Source: a virus (lineage: Duplodnaviria > Caudoviricetes). From it: a stretch of 55,375 nt of DNA. Numbering within the stretch: position 1 is the first letter of the stretch; the number at the start of each line of letters is the position of its first letter. Below are positions 36,960-47,749 of this stretch, in pieces. The position numbers and the translations under genes were made by a program. The stretch covers positions 1 to 55,375 of IMG/VR virus record IMGVR_UViG_3300008110_000371; one strand, 5' to 3'. The notes below the pieces were generated by a model. The model saw only the letters and a program-made list of their open reading frames with translations. It was not told the DNA's origin and did not search any database.

Positions 36960-38520
36960 TAGAACGGACTCGCTTGTTTAGCCGCTGGCGTCTCAAAGGG
37001 TGCTTCTTGTTTCGGGAAGCATGGGATACGCCACACGCGTGTGGTGCGGCCTTTGAGAAACATGGGTAATGGTTCACCGCCAAGATCACGCAGCCGCGGG
37101 CCATCTTCGGTGCGCTCAGGCCCTTGAAGTTATTGCGCGTGAGGTGGTCCTCAAGATCCTTGATGCGGAAGTAAACCTTCTGATCCTCTTCATCCACCCA
37201 GGGCCTGCCCATGAGGATTTCATCACGGTCCATGGCCTGCTGGATGTGCGTGGTGAACTCCTCCAAAAGCGCCGTGAATCGCCCTGTGATGGTGGTGTCC
37301 TCGGATGCCTCTTGAATCTGCTCTAGCTCGACCATCTCACGCAGTAAGGCGTTGAGCACTTGCTCCCAGTCTTGTTTGCGTAGCGTGGGCGGTAAGAGGT
37401 TGATCTTGTCCATGCACGCTTTTTGAAACGCCGCTTGGTTGTAGAGACTCTCCGTATCGAGCTCAACGCGCCTGCCGTTGATATCCAAGAACCATAGTGG
37501 AGGCTCACTGTTGTACTTGGAGAGGGCAGACATTTGAGGAGCATCAGGGCCATCGGCACCAACGCCAAACTTGCGAGTGCGACAAAGGCCAGCATTACAA
37601 AAAGAATTAATCGGTGCATCTTTACACTTGTACTTGTAATCTTTTTTGGTCAGTTGCTTAACGATAACCTGCAACTCGCTCAGTCCCAATGGGGGACCAA
37701 AGTACTTTTGATTGTGCTCGGCAAGCTTGTCTTCCCAGTTGTGCGCACCCGTGCGCTTGAGGTAGATGCCGATATTGAAAAGGCCGTTGTTCCTTGTGCC
37801 TTCAGGAAAGCCCTGTGAACACAGCGTCTGTAAACAAGGCGGACCGTCCTTGATGGGCTGCTCAGGCTTGGCGGGTGCCTCTGGTGCAACGAGTTGGTCT
37901 TGCACCGCATCGTCATATAAACGATAAAACTCTTCAAGCGTAGCTGCCGTGCCATCGCTCTTAATGCCATAGCGCAGCGTTTCATCGCCGCCAAAGTAGG
38001 GTAGGTTTAAGAAGTTGCCCGTATCGCCACGGTCAACAAGAATCTCGCTTTGCTTGGGAAAGATCTCTCTGCCTGACTCACCCAATAGGGCTGCACAGGC
38101 GGTGAGATACTGACGCATGTCAGCGGCAGGGATCGGTTCCTTGGTGAATGCAAATACATGCGCGCCGCCTGATTTGCTGCGGCAAACGACAAGGGGCAGC
38201 TTCAGCGTCTTGATCTTCTCCACAACGCTGCGGTGATCGAGGGGATATTGATCAATATCAATACAGCCCCAAATGCAAGAATTATCAGCCCGGATAGGAA
38301 TAATGCCAAGAGAAGGCTCAACACCTTCCAGATGCTTTTCCCAGAGCTCATCCACCGGTGGTTGTCTAACCACCACGGCCTTTCCCGCTTGCTTGCCATC
38401 TCCCCTCGCCTTCTCAATCCGGTAGGTTCCGTAGGCGATATCCAATCCCTCAAAGATCGCCTTGAAGCGTTTGATGTCAGTCATTTCTGGCTTTCTCACA
38501 ACGGGGTACTCCCCGGTCAT
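36959..38520 (-). CDS. AEP-type primase/primase-polymerase with PriCT-like domain (apparent 1-nt frameshift near 37098)
   Basis: 'WGCIDID','SKSGGAHVF','GNFLNLPY','GPPCL','GTRNNGLF'; the natural C-terminus (RLRDLGGE...SPF*) is in another frame and ends at a TAATG overlap with the helicase. Confidence 0.75.
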
Positions 38521-38540
38521 CCGGCTTTCCCCCAGGTCAA

Positions 38541-39326
38541 TCAGAACGGGATGTTGGCGTCGTGCACTTCTCCGGCTTCGGACTCGTGCTTAACCTTCAC
38601 TTCCCCACGACTTACAGACTCTGCAAATTGTTTTGCAGGCATGTAAACCGAGGCAATCTGCTCGGCTGGAATCGAGCCAATGCGCTCAACTTCCCAACCG
38701 TACCACTTGCCTTTGTCATTACTTTCAGCCGTGGTCGTCAGCCGATACATCTGGCTGTAGATTGGCGGCGTGTAAGGACCGTTTTTGCCCATCAGTTTGA
38801 CGGACATCATCATGCTGTTCCACTTCCTGGACTTCTTCAGTTGCGTGGATTTCATCACGATCAGTGCAGGGGTTGGGATACCTTCCTCATCCACCATCAT
38901 CACGTAATGATTAGCGGTGTTTTCAATGTAATTCCCGTTGTCCAGATAGTCCTTGTTGTCGCCCGGAACGCGATTGGTGCGACTGAGGATATCGGACGTT
39001 GCTGGGTAGATCTGCACAGGCGCGCCCGACGAACCGCTGCCACGCGGTGCCCACTCAATGTACTGCCGTACGTAGGCGGTCGGAACAACCACGATACCCT
39101 TCTTGCCGTCGAAGAGTTCCTTGGTCACTGTGTTGAAGATCATCCCAGGCATGGCCCCTTCAACAACGCCGATCTCGTCAGAGTTGTTGGTGAGAGCTTT
39201 CAGAAAAGGAAGCGCAAAGTCATCCTTGTTCATCTGCTCAAGGCCTGCTCCCGCATCGGCTTCAAAAGCATCGGCTAATGCAAGTGCGGTTCCGGTTTGC
39301 TTTACTGCAACATCTGTCTTTGCCAT
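38541..39326 (-). CDS. Putative single-stranded DNA-binding/annealing protein
   Basis: 'DFALPFLK','YIEW.PR','MKSTQLKKSRKWNS','SNDKG.W.GW'; acidic tail ending IPF. Confidence 0.65.
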   Translation of the reverse strand: MAKTDVAVKQTGTALALADAFEADAGAGLEQMNKDDFALPFLKALTNNSDEIGVVEGAMPGMIFNTVTKELFDGKKGIVVVPTAYVRQYIEWAPRGSGSSGAPVQIYPATSDILSRTNRVPGDNKDYLDNGNYIENTANHYVMMVDEEGIPTPALIVMKSTQLKKSRKWNSMMMSVKLMGKNGPYTPPIYSQMYRLTTTAESNDKGKWYGWEVERIGSIPAEQIASVYMPAKQFAESVSRGEVKVKHESEAGEVHDANIPF

Positions 39327-39362
39327 GATCATGGTCCTTGGTTCGTGATTAATGGTTCGTTA

Positions 39363-39911
39363 CTACGTTGATTTGATGCTGGCCTTGTTGCCGACGTACA
39401 CACCGAAAAGTTCAGTGGGCACTTCGCTTCCCTTGACTAGCATCTCTTTGACCCAAGCCTTGAGGGTCTGGGGTTCTATCTTCTGGCTCTGCTCGGCCAT
39501 GTAGCCTTGCGTTGACAGTAGATCCAGTAGACGAGCGCAAAGCTCATCTTCGCGACGGCCAAAACGCACCGTCACTGTGTTCTTGATGATGTCATCATAG
39601 CCACGCTCACGCAGCCAAGCAAAGGCCTCGGCCTGACGCTCCTTGCTGATCGTGGCGCTGTAAAACTGCTTGACCTCGATCTTACTGCCATCTTCCATAG
39701 CAAAGCTTTTTAAGCCAAGCTCTGCAAAGGCCTCGGGCAGTGCTTCTTCGGTCAGCTTGCGGTAATTGCTTTGACGCTCAGACAAGGTTGTCTCCAACTC
39801 TAAGATTTCTTTTTCCAAGAGTTTGGCACGCTTGGCGAGTTGGGCAATACCAGCAAGCTTATCGTCACCAATGGTGAGCGCATCGGCATCTTGTTCAAAC
39901 ATATCACTCAT
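39363..39911 (-). CDS. Conserved replication-module phage protein
   Basis: Start MSDMFEQD (AAAGGAG SD); 'AFAWLRERGYDDIIKNTV...IEPQTLKAWVKE'. Confidence 0.7.
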   Translation of the reverse strand: MSDMFEQDADALTIGDDKLAGIAQLAKRAKLLEKEILELETTLSERQSNYRKLTEEALPEAFAELGLKSFAMEDGSKIEVKQFYSATISKERQAEAFAWLRERGYDDIIKNTVTVRFGRREDELCARLLDLLSTQGYMAEQSQKIEPQTLKAWVKEMLVKGSEVPTELFGVYVGNKASIKST

Positions 39912-40236
39912 GGCTTTCTCCTTTCTGGGGGAACAAATCAACCTGGATGGGAATGTAACGCCTTTCAAGACGATCCCACTTAAGACATTTGTAGCGTCCG
40001 TTGTTCTTGGATGCTGCAACGGCACTTACGATGCCAATCGCCGTGGGGTCACCAATGAAAAGCAAGTAATCGTTGTCGGTGAAGTTCTCAAGCTTTCGTT
40101 GCACACGAGCAACGGTGGGGGCAACGCTAAACGCAATTTGCACGTTGTTTGGCAGGATCACTTCGATCGCACCAAAATCTAATGCAGACGAGATGTTGTG
40201 TTGCCCCGTTTCAGTAACGGCATAGACTTTAGCCAA
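39904..40236 (-). CDS. Conserved hypothetical phage protein
   Basis: TTG start with AAAGGAG SD; 'DYLLFIGDP.AI...LKWDR....Y'. Confidence 0.7.
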   Translation of the reverse strand: MAKVYAVTETGQHNISSALDFGAIEVILPNNVQIAFSVAPTVARVQRKLENFTDNDYLLFIGDPTAIGIVSAVAASKNNGRYKCLKWDRLERRYIPIQVDLFPQKGESHE

Positions 40237-40266
40237 CGCCTTTCTCCTTTCTCAAATCGAAAACCG

Positions 40267-40295
40267 AGTGTACACTTCGATTTCAGGACATGCAA
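40267..40295 (-). promoter_or_regulatory. Putative promoter for the replication operon
   Basis: TTGCAT-N17-TACACT, same family as the early-cassette promoters; -35 flanked by a CAGGAC/GTCCTG inverted repeat. Confidence 0.55.
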
Positions 40296-40313
40296 GTCCT
40301 GCAAGAAAGGAGA

Positions 40314-41771
40314 ATGATGGAAGAGCAATATTTAGCGAATTACCCGTATCGAAACAAACCCTTCGCGCACCAGCAAGCGTACCTTGAGCGGTTCTGGCGC
40401 AAGCCTCTCGCAGCGCTTTTTGCTGACATGGGCACAGGCAAAAGTTATATGTTAATCAATAACTTAGCAATGCTCTATGACAACGGCGAGGTCAACGCTG
40501 CGGTGATCGTAGCGCCTAAAGGCGTCTACAGAAATTGGATCGATATAGAAATCCCAAAGCACATGCCAGCGCACGTGGTTTACCGCGCAGCACTGTGGAC
40601 GCCCTCACCGCGCAAGGCTGAGAAGGCTGCACTGGATTCCATTTTTGAAGTTACCGAGGACTTAAAAATTCTCGTGATGAATGTTGAAGCGTTCTCAACG
40701 GACAAGGGCAAGCTCTTTGCGCAGCGCTTTGTCTTGTCGCACACGGTGCTGATGGCCGTTGATGAAAGTACAACCATCAAAACGCATACCGCTGCAAGGA
40801 CCAAGAACATTACAAAAGCTGGAAGGCTTGCTCGCTTTCGCCGGATCATGACCGGATCGCCTGTAACCAAGACGCCGATGGACTTGTTCTCGCAGTGCAA
40901 CTTCCTGTCTTCCGATTGCTTGGGCACGGACAGTTTCTACGCGTTCCAATCGCGCTTTGCAGTGGTGATCGAGCGCCGTGTTGCAACGCACGCTTTCAAG
41001 CAGGTGATTGGATACCAGCGGCTCGATGAATTGCAAAAGCTTGTCAGTCGGTTCAGCTTCAGAGTCACCAAGGAAGAGTGCCTTGATCTGCCTGAGAAGC
41101 TTTTTGTGCGGCGCGATGTTGATCTGACCGATGAGCAGGCGCTTGCCTACAACCAGATGAAAGCCATGGCGCTTGCACAGTTCTCCACAGGCACGGTATC
41201 CACGGTCAATGCGCTCACGCAACTGATGCGGCTGCACCAGATCGTATGCGGCTTCGTGAAGCTTGATGATGGCACCATACAGGAGCTGCCTAATAACCGC
41301 ATCCAAGAGTTGCTCAACGTCATCGAAGAAACAAGCGGCAAGGTCATCATTTGGGCGACCTATCGACACAACATCGAGGCCATCCATCTTGCACTGCAAA
41401 AAGCGTATGGCATGGATTCGGTGGGCGTTTATTACGGCGACACAAAGCTTGATGAGCGCCAGCGTGTGATTGAGAAGTTCCAAGATCCAAGTTCCTCGAT
41501 GCGGTTTTTCGTAGGCAACCCACAGACAGGCGGTTATGGGATCACGCTCACAGCGGCAAGTGTCGTTGTCTATTACAGCAACAGTTTTGATTTAGAAAAA
41601 CGATTACAGTCCGAGGACCGTGCTCACCGCATCGGCCAAGTCAACAAGGTGACCTATGTGGACTTGATCGCTCCTAAAACGATCGATGAAAAGATCGTCA
41701 AAGCCCTGCGCGATAAGATCGATATTGCAACCCAAGTCCTTGGTGAGGAACTTAAACAATGGCTCATCTGA
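40314..41771 (+). CDS. SNF2-family (SF2) helicase
   Basis: 'PFAHQ','DMGTGKS','VDES','TGSP','GYGITLT.A','QSEDRAHRIGQ'; AAGGAG SD. Confidence 0.88.
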   Translation: MMEEQYLANYPYRNKPFAHQQAYLERFWRKPLAALFADMGTGKSYMLINNLAMLYDNGEVNAAVIVAPKGVYRNWIDIEIPKHMPAHVVYRAALWTPSPRKAEKAALDSIFEVTEDLKILVMNVEAFSTDKGKLFAQRFVLSHTVLMAVDESTTIKTHTAARTKNITKAGRLARFRRIMTGSPVTKTPMDLFSQCNFLSSDCLGTDSFYAFQSRFAVVIERRVATHAFKQVIGYQRLDELQKLVSRFSFRVTKEECLDLPEKLFVRRDVDLTDEQALAYNQMKAMALAQFSTGTVSTVNALTQLMRLHQIVCGFVKLDDGTIQELPNNRIQELLNVIEETSGKVIIWATYRHNIEAIHLALQKAYGMDSVGVYYGDTKLDERQRVIEKFQDPSSSMRFFVGNPQTGGYGITLTAASVVVYYSNSFDLEKRLQSEDRAHRIGQVNKVTYVDLIAPKTIDEKIVKALRDKIDIATQVLGEELKQWLI

Positions 41772-42450
41772 TTCCAATCCGCGAGAAGTATCACTATGAA
41801 AAGCTTGCCCGTCATGACGGCGAAGGCGGTCGCACGTATGGTGATCAAAAATTACCTAGCGTGACCCGCATCCTTGAGTCAACCAGGGACAAAGCCAAGA
41901 TTGACGAGTGGAGCGGGTTGGCAAAGAGGAGGCCGAGCGCATCAAGACGACCGCCGCCACGATCGGCACGCACATGCACAGTGTCATTGAGCACATGATT
42001 GCAGGGCAGGACTTGCCTGCGCCTTACACGCAGGAAGCGATCAAGGGCTACGAGATGGGCTACCGGCTGATCAACGAGCAGTTTGCGCATATCACCGAAG
42101 TATGGGGCTCGGAGGTTACTCTGTATATTCCGAATCGCTATGCAGGGACCACGGACATGGTGGGTTTGTACAAGGGGAAACCTGCGATCATTGACTTTAA
42201 GCAGTCCAATAAACCGAAGCGTCATGAATGGATCACGGATTACTTCCACCAGTTGTCCGCCTACGCGCTAGCGCACGACTATCAGTTTGGCACCGAGATT
42301 GAGATGGGTGTGGTGATGATGGCCATGCAATCCGGTGGTACGCAGGTATTCACGACCACCGGACGGGAGTTCAGCCAATATAAGACAGGCTGGCTTGAGC
42401 GGGTAGAGAACTTCTATCGTAACACCGCATCAAACGGGAAGAGCCTCTGA
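41759..42450 (+). CDS. PD-(D/E)XK exonuclease (Cas4/lambda-exo-like), with a frameshift near 41910
   Basis: N-part 'LPSVTRIL...DEW' in one frame; 'RVGKEEAERI....IGT.MH...E...YAGTTD...IIDFKQ...QLSAYA.A' in another. Confidence 0.75.
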
Positions 42451-45400
42451 AGCATCTCTCTTGCCTGGGGCTGGGGTTGACCGGCAGGCGTTCTAGCTTG
42501 TGGGCGTCCTGGCTGTTGAGCCGGGGCGAATGAGCTAAGAAGCCCGCGTGAAGGCGGCGCTGGCGGGAGTTTCTTGAGCAAGCGCTCTGCCGTGCGCTCG
42601 GCAACTGTGGGAGGCGTAGGAGCAGGCTGCTCTTCTTCCTCAGCGGCGGTCAATCCGGCGTTGATCAAATAGCCTCTGGCAAATTGAGCAAACTTAATCT
42701 TCTCAGCTTCTGTTCTGTTTTTTTGCAACAGCCTGACCATGAACGCGGGATCTCTCGCAGCCTGTTCTAACAATGCACGCACGCTCTCATTGGGCATGCG
42801 GTCAAACATCTCCCGCATCATCCTCGATCCAGCCGAAGCGGCGATCAAAGTCGATCCGCCCTCTGCTGCTCCTGCACCGATACGAGCACCGACAACGCGC
42901 AAAAACAGGTCCTCTATCGCATCAGAAGTCTCAAGCACGCGTTCAAGAATTTGTTTGTTTTGCGTAACAGCTTCAATACGTGACAACTCGCCTGTCAACT
43001 TTTTAATGTTAGACAATTCACCACGATCCATGACCCCGGTGTCAACCAAAATATCAGCCAACGAAGGCCTACCGGTTGAAGTTGGGGCAAAAAACGCATC
43101 GTTGTAGGCTTGGAAGCTTAACTTGTCGCCGCCAGCTTTTGTGTAAGCATAATCATAAACAGCCGACTTAAGCGCATCAGTAAGGTCTCGGCTTTCACCT
43201 TTTGACATTCCCGTACGAGCTGCTTGAGCCAAGCGCCGCATGCTCAACGCAGGGTTCTGGCTATTAATAGCGTCGGCCACAGCCTCAGAAGGATTCTCAC
43301 CAAGAAACTTGGCAAAAGCAACCTGCTTATCAATCTTCTTGGATATCGCTGAGTTTTGCTTGGTAATCAGATCCAGCGAGTTCTGCGCGCGAATGCCATT
43401 TTCTAGGTCATAACGCAGCCCTGGGATGTCGTTAACAAGCGCCTCGTTTTCGTTCATCCAACGCGACAACCGCGAGGTGTTCAAACGCTTGGTCTGCGGA
43501 TCAATGGATGCCGCTGCTGCCAGACGCGTGGCGCGATCCACAGCGTCAGCAGTTGAAACTGCACGGGGACCTGCTCTGTTAACTGCGTCCTCAAGAAGCA
43601 GGGCCCTTGGGTCGTTAGGCCCGAAGTCTGCAACATATTGACTGTGCAGGCGAGGCAGTAAATTAACAGCGTCTTGAATCTGCCTCATGCGTTCATTAAT
43701 GATATCCGCATTACCGCTAAAGGCCCGTGAAACAAGGACCTCGGGAATGATACGGTCCGCCCCTGTTCTTGTTACAGCCCTCATGTCCCCGGCAAAAGTG
43801 CGTGTATAGGCGTCATTTATTTCTTTGGAAAAAGCACGCGCAGTGTCATAGGCAGGATTAGGTACTTGATCCATGTCATCCAGCAGCGCCTCGGAGAACT
43901 TGGAGTAGTAGGCATAGTTAGCACGCTCGCCTCTTGCCTCAGCGTCCATGGCCAAGCGCAACATGTCGCGACGCGCATTGACAAGATCGCCCACGTTGAT
44001 CGCGCCACGGCGAACAAAATCCTTGCCAGCCGCGATAAGTTCTTTTTCTGTATCAACAAGCTGACTTTTCATGCCTGCGTAGGACAGATCCCCTTTCTTA
44101 ATGGTCGAGAACTGGCGTTTGAGGGTCTGATAAACGTCGAAGAGATCAGGGTTAGCCTCCTGACCAAATTTCATCAGCTGATCTGGCGTCAGGTTTTTGA
44201 CATTCTGTGCTTTAGACAGCCTTCCGTAGATATCCTTAATGATCGCCGGGAACTCACGGTTGTAATACTCGGGCGACATTTCAGACCGAATTGTCTCGAA
44301 CTGTTTCGTAAAGTTGTTGGCAACAACGGCCTGCCCGTCAGTCAAACGCGCGACAGCAGCGCGAATCTGCGCTTTACTTGCTCCCTGTTTTCGCATAGCT
44401 GCCACGGTTTCATTGACTTGGGCTTGGATGGCCTTAGGAACATCTAACCAAAGAGCATGTTCGGCCTCTCGGACGTCTTTTAATGAATCGTCCACACTGC
44501 TTCGAATAGTTAAACCTAGTTCCCTGCGATTAGCTGGGCTATCTTTAGTAATACCTGAGATTGCTATAGCCGATCGAGCGTCCGCGTTAGCTAAACGACC
44601 TTCAAGAAGATTCCTAAAATACTGGCTTCTCAGTTGAGCAGCTTCTTGCAGTAGGGTCGGATCGCCTGTTTTGTTGAGGGCGTTAATTAAGCCTATGATA
44701 TTCGCCTGAGCCTTGGCGCTTTGATCTGCAATCTTGCCTCCAAAGACATCGTTCTGACGAGACAAAGACGTCTCAAGGACCATCAATGGGATGTCGCCTG
44801 TCTTTTGGGCTGACGTTAACCCAGGAACAATTCCAGGCTCTTGCAGTGCTTTGATCAGACGCGGCAAGTACTCATCGTTATACTTCACGGCCCATGCATT
44901 AGGGTCCGTTTTAAGTAATTCGGGCTCAAACTGTTCTTGAAGGATACCTGACAAGCGCTCCGCAGCACGACTTTCGCGCTGTGCTCCCGAAAACCGAGAA
45001 ATAAAATTGCGAATCAGGTTTACTCCCGGCACTGCTACAACATTAACAAGATTAGGGATGGATAATAGGCCTCCAACAACTTCTCCTGTCAGCCTTGGTC
45101 CTGTCTCACCTGGATACAATTCTTCTGCAACACCTGCGCCTACGCCAGAACTAACCGCTGCTGAAGACTCTGCGGTTGCGTAGAGAATAGGGTGTCTTTT
45201 AGCAAAGTCTCCGATCTTACCTAGAAAATCTAGGACTCTAACGCCAGTGTTGGGATTGATGGTGTAACCAAGCGGCAGAAAAGCAAGACCGCCGCCCGTG
45301 GTTTTGCCAGCTTCGCGAAAAGGTTTAAGCGTCGGGTCCGTTTGTTCATCGTAAAGCCTCTTGGCTAAAGGCTCTCCGGCCATGCTTCCTGAAATCATTC

Positions 45401-45722
45401 CAACAAGGCCGCCTCCTAATGTCCCAACGACAGTAGTTCCGGGTTGCCCAACGGGCACGCGAGAACTAAGTTGAAATCCCGTTCTTGCTCCACCATAAGC
45501 ACCGGCGGCGGCAGGCGTCTGCTCGACGAGGCCCTGTACAAGACCTTTAGCGTATTCGGCAGCGGCATCAGAAAAATCGGCTGGTTGTTTAATTAAATCG
45601 CCAATATCCCCTCTGAACTGAATCTCTCTGGCAGAAGGCTCTCTTCCACTCAAGCTAGGCGGAAGCGGAACGGGTTTTTCGCCTTCACGTAAAATCAAGT
45701 CACTGATGTCATCGGCCATCAC
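42414..45722 (-). CDS. Large internal virion/ejection protein
   Basis: 1102 aa, helical, Gly-rich N-terminal hydrophobic segments; last gene of the podoviral ejection cluster. Confidence 0.6.
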   Translation of the reverse strand: MMADDISDLILREGEKPVPLPPSLSGREPSAREIQFRGDIGDLIKQPADFSDAAAEYAKGLVQGLVEQTPAAAGAYGGARTGFQLSSRVPVGQPGTTVVGTLGGGLVGMISGSMAGEPLAKRLYDEQTDPTLKPFREAGKTTGGGLAFLPLGYTINPNTGVRVLDFLGKIGDFAKRHPILYATAESSAAVSSGVGAGVAEELYPGETGPRLTGEVVGGLLSIPNLVNVVAVPGVNLIRNFISRFSGAQRESRAAERLSGILQEQFEPELLKTDPNAWAVKYNDEYLPRLIKALQEPGIVPGLTSAQKTGDIPLMVLETSLSRQNDVFGGKIADQSAKAQANIIGLINALNKTGDPTLLQEAAQLRSQYFRNLLEGRLANADARSAIAISGITKDSPANRRELGLTIRSSVDDSLKDVREAEHALWLDVPKAIQAQVNETVAAMRKQGASKAQIRAAVARLTDGQAVVANNFTKQFETIRSEMSPEYYNREFPAIIKDIYGRLSKAQNVKNLTPDQLMKFGQEANPDLFDVYQTLKRQFSTIKKGDLSYAGMKSQLVDTEKELIAAGKDFVRRGAINVGDLVNARRDMLRLAMDAEARGERANYAYYSKFSEALLDDMDQVPNPAYDTARAFSKEINDAYTRTFAGDMRAVTRTGADRIIPEVLVSRAFSGNADIINERMRQIQDAVNLLPRLHSQYVADFGPNDPRALLLEDAVNRAGPRAVSTADAVDRATRLAAAASIDPQTKRLNTSRLSRWMNENEALVNDIPGLRYDLENGIRAQNSLDLITKQNSAISKKIDKQVAFAKFLGENPSEAVADAINSQNPALSMRRLAQAARTGMSKGESRDLTDALKSAVYDYAYTKAGGDKLSFQAYNDAFFAPTSTGRPSLADILVDTGVMDRGELSNIKKLTGELSRIEAVTQNKQILERVLETSDAIEDLFLRVVGARIGAGAAEGGSTLIAASAGSRMMREMFDRMPNESVRALLEQAARDPAFMVRLLQKNRTEAEKIKFAQFARGYLINAGLTAAEEEEQPAPTPPTVAERTAERLLKKLPPAPPSRGLLSSFAPAQQPGRPQARTPAGQPQPQAREMLQRLFPFDAVLR

Positions 45723-47740
45723 TACTTCCTTTGCTCAATTCTTCCCGTGGGCAGATACAAAAACCAGGATCCAGGGGGGAGTGCCATGACTTCCTCTCTG
45801 GTTGAGGCGCGGTTCTTAATTAAAGTCGATCGAACCTCGCGGATATTTTGTAGGTCCTTTTGTGCCCTTTTCCTGTTTTCGCTTCCAACAGGTTCGTTAC
45901 TTGTTAATGCCAGAGCTGCTTCTTCGTAATTTGCTAAGGTAGCGTCAACGGCTGCGAGTCTTGCAAGGTAATCTTTTTGGTTATCGATGAATGAAGGTAA
46001 TAACGCAATGCGCTCTTCCAACTGATTTTTTACCTTTTGGCCCAGTATATCCGTAGTATTTAAAGTAGCAACGAGTCGTGGGTAGGTGTTTTCAATGTAT
46101 GTTTTGGCACTTGATGAATCGGTTTCAACCATCCCACCAACAACCGGAACTCTTGAAACCGCAGAGGACACCACAGCTTTTGGTCCTGTAGCTATACCAG
46201 CAATATCAGCGAAACTGAGCTCTGCAAGTGCTGGTTTTGCGGCTTTAACCGGTGTTGGCGCTACCGCAGCGGCAGCAGGAGCCGTGGTCGTAGGGGCAGG
46301 AGCAGGAGCAGGCATTGCAGCCGGAGCAGGAGCAGGAGCAGGCGCTTGAGCCGTGGGCCTTGATCCAAGGGCCTTGGACCGTGCATTAATGGCCTGTGCG
46401 ATGTAATCAGGCATCTGAGCCCTAGGTAGGGTTCTTTCAACCATTCTGTCCGTATCAGGATCTCTGTATCGTTCAACAATAGGAGGCTGCTGATACTTCT
46501 GATTGATTGAAAGCTCCAATGCTGCAATGCTCGGGTCTGTCAACGGCACTCCAGACGCATAAGCATTGACCAATTCCATATTTGACAAAAGAGCGTTCTG
46601 GCGAGCAGGTGTTAAACCCGCAGCCTTAGCCTTTTCTGCGGCATCCGCTGCACGCCTCGATTCTCTGATATTGGCAACAGCTTCTGCTGTCTCGCCCTTG
46701 AAGATATCGCGACCGATCTGCGCTTTGAGCGCTTCACGCTTAAGATCTGCGGCACGCTCTGATTCGCGTTCCTTCTCAGCCGCCTGAAGACCCAGCAACT
46801 TGATCTGCTGCGTCATCTTCTCAGCTTCCGAAGCACGCGCACCAATCTGCGCCGGAAGCTGACTGGCAGCACCCGCAATACGAGACGCAAGAGAGCCCCG
46901 CATCGGCTGCCCCGTGCGTGGATCCACATTTCCGGCCAGTGCAAGTCCTGCTCCTGCAATGTCAAAAAGCATCTGCGCCTGGGTCAAGCTCTTGTCTTGT
47001 CCAAGCAGTCCTTGATAAAGCTTGGTTGCATCCGCAATCCGCGTTTCCATCGTCCGCGTAGAAGGCTTAGTAGGTGCAAGAGCTGCAAGCAAAGCATTCT
47101 TTGCCGCTTCACGCTGCGCAGGTGTCAACAGGCGCGACGAGATGCCGACGTCTGCTGCCGCCGTACTTGCAGATGGTTGGCTGTCTTCGGCTTCGACACC
47201 ATCTTCATCGGAGCCTACTTGAAAATTTTGGACTACAGGCCCTCCCCTGGCCATGCCCATGGGCAGTGAGCCAATGCCCGCTGCTTCTGGAGGAGGAGGA
47301 GCGGCCCCTGGAGGCATGCCTGGACCGGCAGGCCCAGCCATTGGCGGTGGCGGGGGAGGAGGACCGGCAGGCCCAGCCATTGGCGGGGGTGCAGCTCCAG
47401 GGGCCATGGCCGGTAAGGCAGCGATGCCCTGCTGCTCGGCAGCCAACACAGGCTGCAAGAGCGCAAGCACTTCAGGAGGCGTTTGCTGGGCAGCGTCGTA
47501 GCCGACCCTATCAGCAAGCTCCTCGAACCGTGCGTCAATCGAACGCACATCGCCGCGAAGATTGTTCATCAGGATCTCAGGCGAATCAGGCCGACGATCC
47601 ATGAGCTTGGCCATGTCGGACTCATCCTCGTCCTCGCCCATGTCATCATCTTCGCCCATTAAAATGGACATAATCCCGACCTCGTCGGGATCCATCTTGC
47701 CGCCCTTAAACATGGGTCGGTCCAATACTTTTGACTTCAT
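45722..47740 (-). CDS. Internal virion/ejection protein
   Basis: 672 aa; 'LDRPMF' N-terminus; Pro/Ala linkers; MARGGPV motif. Confidence 0.6.
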   Translation of the reverse strand: MKSKVLDRPMFKGGKMDPDEVGIMSILMGEDDDMGEDEDESDMAKLMDRRPDSPEILMNNLRGDVRSIDARFEELADRVGYDAAQQTPPEVLALLQPVLAAEQQGIAALPAMAPGAAPPPMAGPAGPPPPPPPMAGPAGPGMPPGAAPPPPEAAGIGSLPMGMARGGPVVQNFQVGSDEDGVEAEDSQPSASTAAADVGISSRLLTPAQREAAKNALLAALAPTKPSTRTMETRIADATKLYQGLLGQDKSLTQAQMLFDIAGAGLALAGNVDPRTGQPMRGSLASRIAGAASQLPAQIGARASEAEKMTQQIKLLGLQAAEKERESERAADLKREALKAQIGRDIFKGETAEAVANIRESRRAADAAEKAKAAGLTPARQNALLSNMELVNAYASGVPLTDPSIAALELSINQKYQQPPIVERYRDPDTDRMVERTLPRAQMPDYIAQAINARSKALGSRPTAQAPAPAPAPAAMPAPAPAPTTTAPAAAAVAPTPVKAAKPALAELSFADIAGIATGPKAVVSSAVSRVPVVGGMVETDSSSAKTYIENTYPRLVATLNTTDILGQKVKNQLEERIALLPSFIDNQKDYLARLAAVDATLANYEEAALALTSNEPVGSENRKRAQKDLQNIREVRSTLIKNRASTREEVMALPPGSWFLYLPTGRIEQRK

Positions 47741-47749
47741 CGCGGCTCC

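Noticed and set aside
38562-41483. Long antisense ORFs 38562-39278 and 40695-41483
   Set aside because: Shadows of the SSB-like and SNF2 helicase genes caused by codon bias
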